The notes beneath the pieces are model-generated. The model was not told the origin of the DNA, did no database searches, and saw only the letters and a program-made list of their open reading frames with translations. Positions 36,143 to 47,115 of a stretch of DNA of 63,371 bases are shown here, piece by piece. This DNA is from Vulcanimicrobiaceae bacterium (lineage in GTDB: Bacteria; Vulcanimicrobiota; Vulcanimicrobiia; Vulcanimicrobiales; Vulcanimicrobiaceae). The stretch spans positions 1 through 63,371 of the forward strand of contig DATGJX010000159.1 of NCBI GenBank assembly GCA_035294905.1, in the 5' to 3' direction. How positions within the stretch are numbered: position 1 is the first letter of the stretch; each line of letters starts with the position of its first letter. The translations under genes and the position numbers were made by a program.

Positions 36143-38287
36143 ATGCGAAACGCCGTAGGTGTGGTGTCGGCGGCGTGCGCCGTCGTATTGGCGGCGTCAT
36201 GCAGCGGACAGCATTCAAATGTTCTCGCGCCGATCGCGCAACGAAGAGCAACTTCCTCTTCGGTTCTTTCCATCGTGCAAACCGCGACGATCACCGGCTC
36301 GACCGGAGCGACGCTGCACTCACCGCCTACGAACGGTGATCTACTTATCGCCATCGCTTTCAACGGCATATCGACGATCGGCTGCGCAAGCGGCTGGACC
36401 AGCATCAGGCACGTGACCGCGAACTACGACGACGCGCAAAGTTGCTATCGCATCGCAAGCGGCGACACGGCCACGGAAACGCCGTTCTCCGGCACCGCGG
36501 GGAATATCGCGGGCGAGATTTGGGAGATCGCCGGAGAGCAAACGACTGGATTCATCGATGCCGAAACCGGCGCCGAGGCCGGTCCGCGCACCGTAACGCT
36601 CACGTTTTCACCGTCGCATAGCGGCGACCTCATCGTCGGCGCGAGCGCAATGAACACGATGCTGACCGGTGTAACGCCCACCGGCTTTACGGTTGATTCG
36701 AGTTCCTCACCGGCCGGATCGACGGGCTTCTCGGATCTTTCCGCCCACCAAAATAGTGCGCAAGCCGGCACCCAATCCGTGACGTGGACGTACAACTCAA
36801 CGACCGATACGCATCCCGTGACGGCGGACATGATTGCGATAGCCGGAACAGGTGCCACCGCGACACCGTCGCCAAGTCCGACGCCGTCGCCTACGCCGGC
36901 GCCCACACCGACGCCGACGCCCACGCCCGGTAGCGCCGTGAACTGGCCGACGATGGGTTACGACGTGAAACGCAGCGGCTACAATCCGAGCGAACACACG
37001 TTGGGCACGTCGAACGTGAGCGGCATACACAACATTTGGAGCACGTCGATCGGCGGACAGATCGGCGAGCCGATATACGCGTCGAACGTCGTTATCAAAA
37101 GCGTCAAAACGAACGTGCTGTACGTGTCCGACGGCGGCGGTACAGCGTGGGCGATTAACGCAGACACAGGCGCCGTGCTTTGGACGCACCAGATGGGCAC
37201 GTCTTCGTACATGTGCGGTACCGGAACGTACACGTTCGGAGCGAACGGTACGCCGGTGTTCGACCGAACGACGAACCGCGTCTATTTCTCCGACGGTGCC
37301 GCCAACGTTCACGCCTTCAACATGTCCACGGGCAAAGAAGTCGCCGGGTGGCCCGTGAACATCGCTACGCCGGCGAATCACAACTTCATCTACTCGGCGC
37401 TGACGTACAATCACGAAAATCACACGCTGTACGCCGAAACGTCGTCTACGTGCGATATTTCACCGTGGTACGGGCGCATTGCCGCCATCAATACGACGAC
37501 GGCCGCGATTACGAACACGTTTTATCCGGCGCAAGGTGTAAGCGGCGGCGGCATTTGGGGATTCGGGGGCGCGTCAATCGACCCATCGACGAACGACGTC
37601 TACATCGCAACCGGAAACAGTGACACGAGCAATGGCGGAAGTCAGTCAGCCGGTTACTCCGAGCAGGTCGTCTCGCTGTCGCCGGATCTGAGCACCGTTC
37701 TCGGAAACTACTACGCGCAGCTGCCGCCGGGCCCGGACAGCGATTTCGGCGCGACGCCGCTGCTGTTCAAACCGCCCGGGTGTCCGCTCCTTGCCGCGGC
37801 GGTCAACAAGTCTGGGCTGTTCGTCCTGTACAATGCCGGCAACATCAGCGCCGGTCCGCTGCAAACGATCGACATGTCCATCAGCAGCGACAACGGCGAC
37901 TTCGTCGGCGTTCCTGCGTACGATCCCGTGACGAACTACGTCTATGTCGGGCTGCCTTCCACGTTCGGCATTTATAATCCGGGCATGGGCGCGTTCGGCG
38001 TACAGTCGAACTGCACGCTCAATCCGACGCCGGTTTGGAACGCCGCCTTCGGGGCGGACGGAGCCGTGCTGGACGACGATACGCTGCGTTCGCCGATCTC
38101 CATAGCCAACGGTGTCGTGTACGTGAGCGACTACGACACGGGGGTCGCGTACGCGTTCAATGCCGCGACGGGCTCGCAGCTCTGGACACACACGCTAAGC
38201 GGAAAAGGCGTCGTCGGACCGATCGTCGCGAACGGACACCTGTATACGAGCGACATCACCGGAAAAATCCAAGCCTGGAGTCCATAA
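36143..38287 (+). CDS. lipoprotein: N-terminal ~230-aa beta-rich domain, Pro/Thr linker, PQQ-like beta-propeller
   Basis: Lipobox LAASC. PSPSPTPSPTPAPTPTPTPTPG linker (36861-36930). C-terminal ~450 aa with repeated DG..YA.NA.TG..LW propeller blades. Confidence 0.75.
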   Translation: MRNAVGVVSAACAVVLAASCSGQHSNVLAPIAQRRATSSSVLSIVQTATITGSTGATLHSPPTNGDLLIAIAFNGISTIGCASGWTSIRHVTANYDDAQSCYRIASGDTATETPFSGTAGNIAGEIWEIAGEQTTGFIDAETGAEAGPRTVTLTFSPSHSGDLIVGASAMNTMLTGVTPTGFTVDSSSSPAGSTGFSDLSAHQNSAQAGTQSVTWTYNSTTDTHPVTADMIAIAGTGATATPSPSPTPSPTPAPTPTPTPTPGSAVNWPTMGYDVKRSGYNPSEHTLGTSNVSGIHNIWSTSIGGQIGEPIYASNVVIKSVKTNVLYVSDGGGTAWAINADTGAVLWTHQMGTSSYMCGTGTYTFGANGTPVFDRTTNRVYFSDGAANVHAFNMSTGKEVAGWPVNIATPANHNFIYSALTYNHENHTLYAETSSTCDISPWYGRIAAINTTTAAITNTFYPAQGVSGGGIWGFGGASIDPSTNDVYIATGNSDTSNGGSQSAGYSEQVVSLSPDLSTVLGNYYAQLPPGPDSDFGATPLLFKPPGCPLLAAAVNKSGLFVLYNAGNISAGPLQTIDMSISSDNGDFVGVPAYDPVTNYVYVGLPSTFGIYNPGMGAFGVQSNCTLNPTPVWNAAFGADGAVLDDDTLRSPISIANGVVYVSDYDTGVAYAFNAATGSQLWTHTLSGKGVVGPIVANGHLYTSDITGKIQAWSP

Positions 38288-39789
38288 TGAAGCGGATGCG
38301 TAGAGCCGATGTGGTTTTTGTGGTGTGTGCGATCGCCTTGGCGACCGGGTGCGGCGCACGTCAATCGGGTGCCCTTGCTCCGATCGCGCAGCGCGAGACG
38401 ACGTCAAACGTAACGGCCTCGGCCAACGCGTCGGCGCCGAGCTGGCTCACGATGGGCTACGACGAGCAGCGCACCGGCTATAATCCGACGGAGCACACGC
38501 TCGGCGTTTCAAACGTCGGCGGAATACATGCGCTGTGGACGACGTCGATCGGCGGCGAGATCGGCGAACCGGTATACGTCTCTTCGGTCAGCGTCAAAAA
38601 CGTGAAAACCAGCGTACTGTACGCGACGAGCGGCAGCGGCCAAGCCGTTGCAATCAACGCGGGCACCGGTGCGATACTCTGGAGGCACCAGATGAGCACC
38701 GTTTCGTATAAGTGCGGCACCGGCACCTACAGTTTCGGAGCAAACGGCACACCGGTGATCGACCGTTCCACGAATCGCATCTACGCGACCGACGGTGCGG
38801 CGAACGTTCACGCACTGAACATGTCGACCGGCGCCGAAATTGCCGGCTGGCCGGTGAATATCGCCACGCCCGCAAATCACAACTTCATCTATTCGGCCCT
38901 GACGTACAATCATGCGAATCACACACTGTACGCAGAAACGTCGTCGACGTGTGAGATCTCGCCGTGGTATGGGCGCATCACGGCAATCGACCCGGCGACG
39001 CCGGCGATTACGAATACCTTCTTCGTGGCGCAGGGAGCAAGCGGCGGCGGCATCTGGGGGTTCGGCGGCGCGTCCGTCGACCCGTCGACGAACGACGTGT
39101 ACATCGCCACGGGGAACGGCGACACGCACAACGGCGGCAGTCAGACGGCGGGTTATTCCGAGCAGGTCGTCGCGCTATCGCCGGATCTCGGCACGGTTCT
39201 CGGACATTATTACGCAAAACTTCCGCCCGGCCATGACTCCGATTTCGGTGCGACGCCGTTACTGTTTCAGCCGCCCGGGTGCCCGCTGCTCGCCGCCGCA
39301 GTCAATAAGACCGGCCTGTTCGTCTTGTACAAAGCGAGCGATATTAGCGCAGGTCCGGTGCAGACAATCGATATGTCGATCAACAGCGACAACGGCGACT
39401 TCATCGGAAATCCGTCGTACGATCCCCTCACGAACTTCGTCTACATCGGGCTTCCCGCGACATTCGGCATCTACAAGCCGGGCATGGGCGCGTTCAGCGT
39501 CGGCTCGAATTGCACGCTCAACCCGACGCCCGTTTGGAACGCCGTTTTCGGAGCCGACGGAGCCAAACTCACCGGTGACGACACGTTTCGTTCGCCGATT
39601 TCGATTGCGAACGGCGTCGCGTACGTCAGCGATTACGACACGGGCGTCGCTTACGCGTTCAACGCGTCGACCGGTGCCGAACTCTGGAGTCACACGCTGA
39701 GCGGCAAGGGCGTCGTTGGGCCGATCGTGATAAGCGGGCGCTTGTACACGAGCGACATCACCGGAAAGATCACCGCCTGGTCGCCGTGA
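38287..39789 (+). CDS. paralogous PQQ-like beta-propeller lipoprotein lacking the extra N-terminal domain
   Basis: Lipobox LATGC. Its ATG overlaps the upstream TAA (TAATG). By eye, roughly three quarters of residues are identical to the C-terminal ~450 aa of the upstream gene. Confidence 0.75.
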   Translation: MKRMRRADVVFVVCAIALATGCGARQSGALAPIAQRETTSNVTASANASAPSWLTMGYDEQRTGYNPTEHTLGVSNVGGIHALWTTSIGGEIGEPVYVSSVSVKNVKTSVLYATSGSGQAVAINAGTGAILWRHQMSTVSYKCGTGTYSFGANGTPVIDRSTNRIYATDGAANVHALNMSTGAEIAGWPVNIATPANHNFIYSALTYNHANHTLYAETSSTCEISPWYGRITAIDPATPAITNTFFVAQGASGGGIWGFGGASVDPSTNDVYIATGNGDTHNGGSQTAGYSEQVVALSPDLGTVLGHYYAKLPPGHDSDFGATPLLFQPPGCPLLAAAVNKTGLFVLYKASDISAGPVQTIDMSINSDNGDFIGNPSYDPLTNFVYIGLPATFGIYKPGMGAFSVGSNCTLNPTPVWNAVFGADGAKLTGDDTFRSPISIANGVAYVSDYDTGVAYAFNASTGAELWSHTLSGKGVVGPIVISGRLYTSDITGKITAWSP

Positions 39790-39792
39790 CGG

Positions 39793-40209
39793 CTATGCCG
39801 GTGCGGTGATCTGCTTGCTGATGACGTCGAGAACGATCTCGGTTGACGAGATTACCGATACGGGGTTTTCCGGATCGATCGATTCGAAAATCAGCTTGTT
39901 CGCCGGATTGTTGACGCGTGCGATGCACCGCGCTTTCGCGTTCTTCTTCGCGATCAGGCATACGACCAAGTTGTCTTCGTCGTCGCCGGTATCCGCAACG
40001 ACGACGTCGGCGCGCTTGAGGCCGGCTTGTTCGAGCACGAGCGGATCGCAGCCGTCGCCGATGAGCGTCACCTTTTCTTCGATGAGTTGCTCGAGCATGC
40101 GAGTTTTACGCTCATCCTTCTCGACCATTACGACTTCATGGCCTTGCTTGAGCAGCGCACGCGTAAGGTACGAGCCGACTTTTCCGCCGCCCACGATGAG
40201 CACGAACAC
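39793..40209 (-). CDS. TrkA-N (RCK N-terminal, NAD-binding) domain protein
   Basis: MFVLIVGGGKVGSYLTRALLKQGHEVVMVEKDE. Confidence 0.75.
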   Translation of the reverse strand: MFVLIVGGGKVGSYLTRALLKQGHEVVMVEKDERKTRMLEQLIEEKVTLIGDGCDPLVLEQAGLKRADVVVADTGDDEDNLVVCLIAKKNAKARCIARVNNPANKLIFESIDPENPVSVISSTEIVLDVISKQITAPA

Positions 40210-40899
40210 TTAGAGTCCTCCGGAGGCGGCGACCGGCGCCGGACGTTCGCGATCCAAGCGGAACATCTGCGCGAATTCGGTCATGGCGTCGGGTGCAACG
40301 ATCGCGTTGATTTCGTCGCCTTCGCTCAGAATCGTGTCTTCGCCGGGCACGCGTACAGTTTTTCCGGTGCGAACCGCGGCGATGCGAATGCGTCCCGGGC
40401 GTTCGAACTCGGAAACGCGCTTTCCGGAGTCGGCGGCGCTGACGACCGCGCGAAGCGAGGTGACTTTGCCGAAATCGAACGACTGCAGCGCATCCCACGG
40501 GGCCTCGAGCAGCATGTCGCGGATCATCTTCGCACCGACGGTCGTCGGACACACCGTTTCGATGCCGAGGTCGCGATACATCATGCCGCGCGTCGGGTCG
40601 TAAATGCGCGCGACGACTTTTTTGATGTGGAACATCCGCAGCGCGATGAGCGCCGCCATCACGTTGCGGTTGTCGCCGTTGGTCACGGCGATGAATCCGT
40701 CCGCGGTTTGGGCTCCGGCGCGCTTGAGCACGTCGTAGTCGATACCGGTTCCGACGACGACGTGACCTTTGAACTTTTGCCCGAGCCGTTTGAACGCTGA
40801 GGGGTTTTCGTCCACGACGATGACCTGGTTGTTGTCGGCGTCCAGGAGTTTGGCCAGCGTTGAACCGACGCGCCCGCAGCCGACGATGAGGTATCTCAT
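40210..40899 (-). CDS. trkA: TrkA/KtrA-like K+ uptake regulatory subunit (RCK N plus C domains)
   Basis: MRYLIVGCGRVGSTLAKLLDADNNQVIVVDE. The ATG at 40899 was confirmed. The ORF extension to 41190 runs across the tRNA and is rejected. Confidence 0.8.
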   Translation of the reverse strand: MRYLIVGCGRVGSTLAKLLDADNNQVIVVDENPSAFKRLGQKFKGHVVVGTGIDYDVLKRAGAQTADGFIAVTNGDNRNVMAALIALRMFHIKKVVARIYDPTRGMMYRDLGIETVCPTTVGAKMIRDMLLEAPWDALQSFDFGKVTSLRAVVSAADSGKRVSEFERPGRIRIAAVRTGKTVRVPGEDTILSEGDEINAIVAPDAMTEFAQMFRLDRERPAPVAASGGL

Positions 40900-41007
40900 G
40901 AGTTCCTTGAGAGATTCGAATAACAACATAATACTCTTGTCGGGGGCCGAATTCGCGGGTTGGAAGGAGGGGTGCGCGACTGCCCGAACCAATGGGAGTT
41001 TTTGTGT

Positions 41008-41081
41008 CGGGGCGTGGCTCAGCTTGGTAGAGCGCTTCGTTCGGGACGAAGAGGTCGCTGGTTCAAATCCAGTCGCCCCGA
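41008..41081 (+). tRNA. tRNA-Pro (anticodon CGG)
   Basis: Hand-folded cloverleaf: acceptor cggggcg/cgccccg, D arm gctc/gagc, anticodon stem cttcg/cgaag with loop ttCGGga, T arm gctgg-ttcaaat-ccagt. No encoded CCA. Confidence 0.9.
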
Positions 41082-41089
41082 AATTTCCT

Positions 41090-41114
41090 CCCCAAATTGC
41101 CAGGCAATTTGGGG
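41090..41114 (+). terminator. 10-bp hairpin directly after tRNA-Pro
   Basis: ccccaaattg / ccagg / caatttgggg. No U-tract. Confidence 0.5.
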
Positions 41115-41220
41115 ACCCCGCTCCGTTTAACCGGCACTCCGGCGCAAGCGCCTGCGCGCCCCCCGTACGCAGAGCGCACGGGTTTCCCAAAAATACAAAA
41201 GGGCATTTGCACTAAACAAA

Positions 41221-41625
41221 TTGTTCTCAAAGTTCAGTCCTGCGTCCGGGCGCGTGCTGCGTGCCGCCGAACAAGAGTGCCGCAACCACAACCACTATTA
41301 CGTCGGAGTCGAACACCTGCTCGTCGCTCTGCTCGAGGAGGAAGACAGCGGCGTTTCCGACCGTCTGCGCACCGAGCAGGTTGACGTCAGCGACGTGCAC
41401 GCCGAGGTGCGCCGTGCGCTAGGAACCGGCGAAGACCGCATGTGGGAAGGCATCTTGGTCACCCCTCGCGTGCGCAAAGTGGTGGTGCTGGCGGAAGAGC
41501 AAGCGGGCGGCCGGGCCGTCGAACCGCGGGACTTGCTGGACGCGATCATCGCCGAGGGCGGCAGTTTGGCCGCGGAAATTTTGCGCCGCGCCAAGTCGCG
41601 CAACACCGCCGCGGCTTCGGAGTAG
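41221..41625 (+). CDS. stand-alone Clp N-terminal (Clp_N repeat) domain protein
   Basis: FSPASGRVLRAAEQECRNHNHYYVGVEHLLVALL and a second repeat TPRVRKVVVLAEEQAGGRAVEPRDLLDAII. Confidence 0.75.
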   Translation: MFSKFSPASGRVLRAAEQECRNHNHYYVGVEHLLVALLEEEDSGVSDRLRTEQVDVSDVHAEVRRALGTGEDRMWEGILVTPRVRKVVVLAEEQAGGRAVEPRDLLDAIIAEGGSLAAEILRRAKSRNTAAASE

Positions 41626-41634
41626 CACCCACAC

Positions 41635-42246
41635 GTGCACGGCTTCACCCAGTTCTTTTTGAACCTGGTTCATCATGCGGGCTACGGCGGGCTGTTCGCG
41701 GCAATGGCCCTGGCGAACGTCGGCGCTCCGGTCGGCAGCGAGGTCGTACTGCCCGCTGCCGGCTTGGCAGCGCAGGAAGGCGCGCTCTCGAGCGTATGGA
41801 TCGTCATCGTGGTCGCCGTCGTTGCCGAGCTGTTCGGGCAGAGCATCGCGTATGCCATCGGACGTTTCGGCGGACGGCCGTTCGTCGATCGCTACGGGAA
41901 ATACGTACGGTTTCATCACGCGGAACTCGAAAAAGTCGACGGGTTTTTCGCGCGCTACGGCAAGTTCGCCATCTTCATTTGCCGCTTCATTCCGGTGATC
42001 CGCGGCATCGTCGGCATTCCGGCCGGGATCGCGCAAATGTCGCTGGGCGCCTTTTACTTCTGGACGTTCTGCGGTTCGCTGATTTTCTGCGGCGGACTCG
42101 TACTCGCCGGTAATGCCCTCGGCAATCATGCGCACGAGGTGATCGGCGTGGTGCAGAAATACGCCTTGCTGATCATTGCGCTCGCCGTCGTCGCGGCGAT
42201 TCTGTTCGTGTTCCTCCAAAACCGTTATCAACGCAGACCGTCGTAG
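41635..42246 (+). CDS. dedA: DedA-family membrane protein
   Basis: GYGGLFAAMALANVGAPVGSEVVLPAAG and FICRFIPVIRGIVGIPAGI. Confidence 0.8.
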   Translation: MHGFTQFFLNLVHHAGYGGLFAAMALANVGAPVGSEVVLPAAGLAAQEGALSSVWIVIVVAVVAELFGQSIAYAIGRFGGRPFVDRYGKYVRFHHAELEKVDGFFARYGKFAIFICRFIPVIRGIVGIPAGIAQMSLGAFYFWTFCGSLIFCGGLVLAGNALGNHAHEVIGVVQKYALLIIALAVVAAILFVFLQNRYQRRPS

Positions 42247-42495
42247 CGGTCGCGTTCGAGCCGGCGCAGCACCGCCTGACGCCGTTGCATGATGCTGTCC
42301 ACGCTGGCCGATGCATTCGGTCCGCTGAAACGCTGGTCGAGGGTCGCGTGAATCTTGCGATGCACACCGAGCCGTGCGAGACGGGCGCTTGCAGTGACCG
42401 CCTCGCGAGCGCGGCGCGCCCACCAAGCATCAAACGCTTCCCGCTGCCATCGCCGCAGCGGCAACCTCCATGTTCCTAGCAAATCGAAACCTTAT

Positions 42496-42520
42496 GTCAT
42501 TCCGAGCCTGTCGCAGGGCG
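42496..42520 (+). repeat. short copy of the GTCATYCYGAG..CTGTCG..GGGCG repeat box upstream of uvrC
   Basis: gtcattccgagcctgtcgcagggcg compared with the hpnA copy gtcatcctgag[18 nt]cctgtcgaggggcg. Confidence 0.6.
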
Positions 42521-42566
42521 GTTCGAAGCACTTGGCGGCTTCGCCTCGAAGGAAAATCAGCACCAC

Positions 42567-44564
42567 ATGACCACGGACGATGTCACCCTGAGGAATCGAA
42601 GGGCGCTCGCTCAGACGCTCAGCCAAGTCCCGGATTCACCCGGCGTCTATATGATGCTGGACAAAAACGGCGACGTGCTCTACATCGGAAAAGCGGTTTC
42701 CCTGCGAAACCGCGTGCGCTCGTATTTCCAGCAGAGCGCGGATCACCATATCCGCACGCAGGCGATGGTCGAGCGGGTGGTCGACGTGCGCACGATCGTC
42801 GTCACGAACGAAGTCGAGGCGCTCATCCTCGAAGCCAACCTCATCAAACGCTATCAGCCGCCGTTCAACGTGCGACTGCGCGACGACAAGCGTTATCCGT
42901 ATCTCAAAGTGACGAACGAACCGTTCCCCCGCGTCGTGTTCACGCGCGTGGTCAAGGACGACGGCGCGCGCTATTTCGGCCCGTACACCAACGCATCGGC
43001 GCTGCGCGAACTCATCGACTTGGTGCGGCTGGTCTTCCCGCTGCGCACGTGTCCGGAGCCGATAGACGGCCGGCGCCGCCGCCCGTGCCTGCAGTACCAT
43101 ATCAAGCGGTGCATGGCGCCGTGCGTGGGATACCAAACGCAAGAAGACTACGACCGGATGATTGAGGAAGTCGTGCTGTTCCTCGAAGGCAAGCAAGATT
43201 CGCTCCTCGCGCGTCTGCAGGGTGAGATGGTCCAGTCCGCCGAGACGTACAATTTCGAAACCGCGGCGCGAATTCGCGATCGCATCGTGCACGTGCGGCG
43301 CGTAACCGAAAATCAAAAGGTCGTCTGGCGTTCGCGTTTGGACATGGACCTGATTGCCGCCGCGCGCTCGCAAGGACAAGCGTGCATGCAAGTCTTCATG
43401 GTGCGCAGCGGAAAACTGATCGGGCAGGAGCACTTCATTCTGGAGGGCGTGTACGAGCAGAGCGACGCGGAACTCTTCAGCGAATTCGTCAAGCAGTTTT
43501 ATACGGCGCGAACCGCGGCGGCACCGGAGACGCCCGGTGTGTCGCCGCTCGCGCATCTGCGAATCGCGCGGGACAATCAGGTTCCCGTTCCCGAGAAGCA
43601 ACGCCGTTCCCGCGGAAGCGCAAGCGCCATTCCAAAGGAAGTGCTGGTGCAGGCGATGCCCGAGGACACGAGCGTCATCGAGAGCTGGCTGACCGAAATC
43701 AAAGGTGTGCGCGTGCGCATGCTCGTGCCGCAGCGCGGCGATCGCGCAGAGTATATGCGCATGGTGCAGAAGAATGCCGAGCAGAATCTCAAAGCGTTCT
43801 TGGCGCACCAGGAAGTGCAGGAAACTGCGCAAGCGCGATCGCTCGCGGAACTGGCCGACGCGCTCGAATTGCCCGAGCTTCCGCATCGCATCGAGTGCTA
43901 CGACATCTCGAATATTCAAGGAACCAATTCGGTCAGCTCGATGGTCGTATTCGTCGAAGGACGCGCGAAGAAGAGCGACTATCGCAAGTTCAAAATTCAG
44001 TACGAGCGGGGCCCGAACGACTTCGCGATGATGCAGGAGACGCTGCGCCGTCGACTTCGGTATTTACGCGCGCGCACCGACAACGAAGTGACCACCGAAC
44101 AGCAGCAATTGGCCAAGAAAGAAAAATTCAACAAAAAGCCGGATCTGCTGCTCATCGACGGCGGCAAAGGGCAGCTCAACGCCGTCGTAGAGGTGCTGGA
44201 AGAGCTCGACATGACGGGCATCCCCGTTGCGGGCCTTGCGAAAGAGCACGAGTGGCTCTATCTGCCCGGGCAGTCCGAGCCGATCGTACTGCCGCCCAAC
44301 TCCGCGGCGTTGCACCTGGTCATGCGGATCCGCGACGAAGCCCACCGTTTCGCCATTACCTACCACCGGCAGCGGCGCGCCAAGGCGATGACCCATTCGG
44401 CACTGGACGCGCTTGCAGGGGTCGGCCCCGTCCGCAAGAAGCGCCTGCTTACCGCGTTCGGTTCGCTGGCCGCCATCAAGCGTGCCGGCGTCGACGAAAT
44501 CGCGGCAGTCAAAGGGATGACACCGGCTTTGGCCGCCAAGGTCAAAGCCGCATTAGGAGAGTGA
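42567..44564 (+). CDS. uvrC: excinuclease ABC subunit C
   Basis: GIY-YIG (GVYMMLDKNGDVLYIGKA), UVR domain, RNase H-like endonuclease domain and C-terminal HhH. Confidence 0.92.
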   Translation: MTTDDVTLRNRRALAQTLSQVPDSPGVYMMLDKNGDVLYIGKAVSLRNRVRSYFQQSADHHIRTQAMVERVVDVRTIVVTNEVEALILEANLIKRYQPPFNVRLRDDKRYPYLKVTNEPFPRVVFTRVVKDDGARYFGPYTNASALRELIDLVRLVFPLRTCPEPIDGRRRRPCLQYHIKRCMAPCVGYQTQEDYDRMIEEVVLFLEGKQDSLLARLQGEMVQSAETYNFETAARIRDRIVHVRRVTENQKVVWRSRLDMDLIAAARSQGQACMQVFMVRSGKLIGQEHFILEGVYEQSDAELFSEFVKQFYTARTAAAPETPGVSPLAHLRIARDNQVPVPEKQRRSRGSASAIPKEVLVQAMPEDTSVIESWLTEIKGVRVRMLVPQRGDRAEYMRMVQKNAEQNLKAFLAHQEVQETAQARSLAELADALELPELPHRIECYDISNIQGTNSVSSMVVFVEGRAKKSDYRKFKIQYERGPNDFAMMQETLRRRLRYLRARTDNEVTTEQQQLAKKEKFNKKPDLLLIDGGKGQLNAVVEVLEELDMTGIPVAGLAKEHEWLYLPGQSEPIVLPPNSAALHLVMRIRDEAHRFAITYHRQRRAKAMTHSALDALAGVGPVRKKRLLTAFGSLAAIKRAGVDEIAAVKGMTPALAAKVKAALGE

Positions 44565-44568
44565 ACCT

Positions 44569-44934
44569 ATGCACTTTCTCATCCGGCTGCTCATCAACGG
44601 AATCGCCTTTTACCTGATCGCGCGCTATGTACCGGGTATTCACGCAAACGGTTTTGGCTACGCGGTCCTCGCGGCGTTCATCTTCGGCATAGTCAACGCA
44701 ATCGTTCGTCCCATCGTCCTGCTCTTGACGCTTCCGTTCACGATTATCACGTTGGGGTTGTTCATCATCGTCGTGAACGCACTGATGTTCTGGCTTGCTA
44801 CCTGGATCTCGCCCGGCTTCAAGGTCGACGGGTTCGTGCCGGCGCTCATCGGCGGCATCATCATGGCGATTGTAGGGATGATTACAAACGCGGTTTTCAA
44901 GGAACAGGCAGACAGAGCCCCGGCAAAAACTTAA
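44569..44934 (+). CDS. phage holin family 4 / YvlD-like small membrane protein
   Basis: 121 aa, 4 TM helices. LINGIAFYLIARYVPG and IVNAIVRPIVLLLTLPFTIITLGLF. Confidence 0.7.
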   Translation: MHFLIRLLINGIAFYLIARYVPGIHANGFGYAVLAAFIFGIVNAIVRPIVLLLTLPFTIITLGLFIIVVNALMFWLATWISPGFKVDGFVPALIGGIIMAIVGMITNAVFKEQADRAPAKT

Positions 44935-44967
44935 GCTCGGAAGGCGCGCGGCCGAATAGCAGTACGT

Positions 44968-47115
44968 ATGGCAATCCAACCGTCCGTACCGGACGGCGTT
45001 TCGCGCTTTCGAGAGGCGGTCCGGCGGGCGCAGCGCGCGCAATCCCGCACCGGTTTGGCGTCCATTCCCGCGACGGTGTTGATTGCCACCATCTTCGGAC
45101 GTTTCGTCGGCAGCGAATTGGGCTGGATCGTGCTCGGCGTTGCAATCGTCGCCGGCATTGCTCTTCCCGGTGCTCATACGCTCGACCGCCGCTTTCTGCG
45201 GCCCGTGCGCAAGGCGATTGGCGACCCGAGCTCGCATGACGCCGCGCCGGCGATTTCCCGTGCGCGCCGGCTGCCGCTGCGCATCTTCACGCTCTACGTC
45301 AGCATCTACGCAATCGGATCGTTTCTGGTCGCGCCGTTCGGCAACGCGCTCGCGCATCAGCCGCTCTGGTTGAATCTCGGCGCGATATTCGGCGCGGGAG
45401 TCGTCGGCGGAATCGTCGACGGGACGCTCAACTTTTTCTCTGCCGAAGTGCTTTCCGCGCAGATCGTTGCGCTGATTTGTGAAGCGCGCGGCATGCTGCC
45501 GCCGGTATCGCAACACGCGCGCGGCGGTATTTCGCGGCGGCTCATCGCCTCGTTGATGGTCGTCATCGGCGTCACGGTGGTCGCGATGGGCGGCGGCTCG
45601 ATTCATCTGCTCATCGGCATTTCGGAAGGCGCGATCAAAACCGGCGATGCGCTGCGCCTGGGGATGCTGTACACGGTGTCCGCGCTTGCGGTCGCCGTCG
45701 TCTTTGCGTCGCTTGCGAGCAGTTTGCTGAGCAAGAGCATCGCGCGTCCGATTCTGCGCACCGTGGAGTTGATGGATCGCCTGCGCGAGGGCGATTTGCT
45801 GCACGCAAACGAGCTGTACGGCGAACCGGTGCTTGCGCACGAAGCAGGCCTGCTCGTATCGGCATTTGCCGATGCGAACATCGGCCTTGGGCGTTTGGCG
45901 AGCAGCGGCGAGCGGCTGGCATCGGGCGATCTTTCCGTTCAGGTGCGCCCGAACTCCGAGCGCGACATCGTTGCCGTGGCGTTTTCGAAAGTCGTCGAAG
46001 CGATTCGCACGGTCGTTGAAGACGTCGCGACCACGGTTCGATTGCTCGAGCAATCGTCAGGCGCGCTTTCTGCGCGTGCCGTAGAATTCTCTAGCGATGC
46101 GGGCGCGAACGCGCGCGATTTGGGTACGGCGGCGGACTCGATGCGCACGCTGGACGGCGAGGTCGCAAGCGTGACGCGCACGGCGAACGATCTTTCGCGC
46201 ATGGCCGAGCATTCGCGGGAAACCGCGGAGCGGCTTGGGCAAGCCGCACAAACCAACGCCGCGGGTTTGGAAGAGCTTGCGCAGACCGCAAAAGCGACGA
46301 TAGAGGCGGCGCATGACGTCATCGAACTCTCGGCATCCACCGGTCATAGCGCGGACGAAGCCAATCGCGCGATCGCCGCGGCCGAGCGGACCTCCGACGA
46401 AGCGGGGCGCGTCATGCACGATCTGGTGAACGCGATCGAGTCGCTGCGCGTCAGTTCCCAGCAAATCGGTTCCATCACCGAAAAGATCGACGAGATCGCC
46501 GATCAGACGAATCTGCTTGCGCTCAACGCCGCAATTGAAGCAGCTCGCGCGGGAGAACACGGGCGCGGTTTCGCGGTCGTTGCCGACGAGATTCGCAAGC
46601 TTGCCGATTCATCTGCGCAAGCGACGCACGAGATTGCAACGCTGATTCGCGCGGTGCAATCGGAAACGGATCGCGCGGTGGACGTAACGCGGCGCGGCAC
46701 GGATGCCGTAGAATCGGGCCGGCAGAAAACCTCACAAGTGACGCGCGCACTGGAAGAGATCATCACGAACATCGCATCCATGCGCATGCGCATCGATGCC
46801 GTGGTACACGCGCAGCGCGAGCAGAAGACCGCGACGGATTCGCTCGTGGACTCGACTCACGCGGTCGAGCGGCTGACGGCCGACAACGCGGACGTTGCGA
46901 AATCGCTTGCGTCGCTGGCCGCGGAATTGGAACTCTCGGCGCATTTAGGCGCGCAGGCGGTCAGCTCGACGGCAGAAGGCGTAAAGTCCGTCGTTGCGCG
47001 CGGCGAACGAATCGCCGCGACGTCGACAGAGTTGGAAACGCTGACGAAGTCACTGCGGGCGGAAGCCGAACGCATCCGTGCGGCGGTGTCCGGCTTCCGC
47101 GCGCTGTCTCCTTAG
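44968..47115 (+). CDS. methyl-accepting chemotaxis protein with multi-pass membrane N-terminus and HAMP
   Basis: [39 protein letters not shown] signalling hairpin. At least 4 N-terminal TM helices and no large periplasmic domain. Confidence 0.85.
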   Translation: MAIQPSVPDGVSRFREAVRRAQRAQSRTGLASIPATVLIATIFGRFVGSELGWIVLGVAIVAGIALPGAHTLDRRFLRPVRKAIGDPSSHDAAPAISRARRLPLRIFTLYVSIYAIGSFLVAPFGNALAHQPLWLNLGAIFGAGVVGGIVDGTLNFFSAEVLSAQIVALICEARGMLPPVSQHARGGISRRLIASLMVVIGVTVVAMGGGSIHLLIGISEGAIKTGDALRLGMLYTVSALAVAVVFASLASSLLSKSIARPILRTVELMDRLREGDLLHANELYGEPVLAHEAGLLVSAFADANIGLGRLASSGERLASGDLSVQVRPNSERDIVAVAFSKVVEAIRTVVEDVATTVRLLEQSSGALSARAVEFSSDAGANARDLGTAADSMRTLDGEVASVTRTANDLSRMAEHSRETAERLGQAAQTNAAGLEELAQTAKATIEAAHDVIELSASTGHSADEANRAIAAAERTSDEAGRVMHDLVNAIESLRVSSQQIGSITEKIDEIADQTNLLALNAAIEAARAGEHGRGFAVVADEIRKLADSSAQATHEIATLIRAVQSETDRAVDVTRRGTDAVESGRQKTSQVTRALEEIITNIASMRMRIDAVVHAQREQKTATDSLVDSTHAVERLTADNADVAKSLASLAAELELSAHLGAQAVSSTAEGVKSVVARGERIAATSTELETLTKSLRAEAERIRAAVSGFRALSP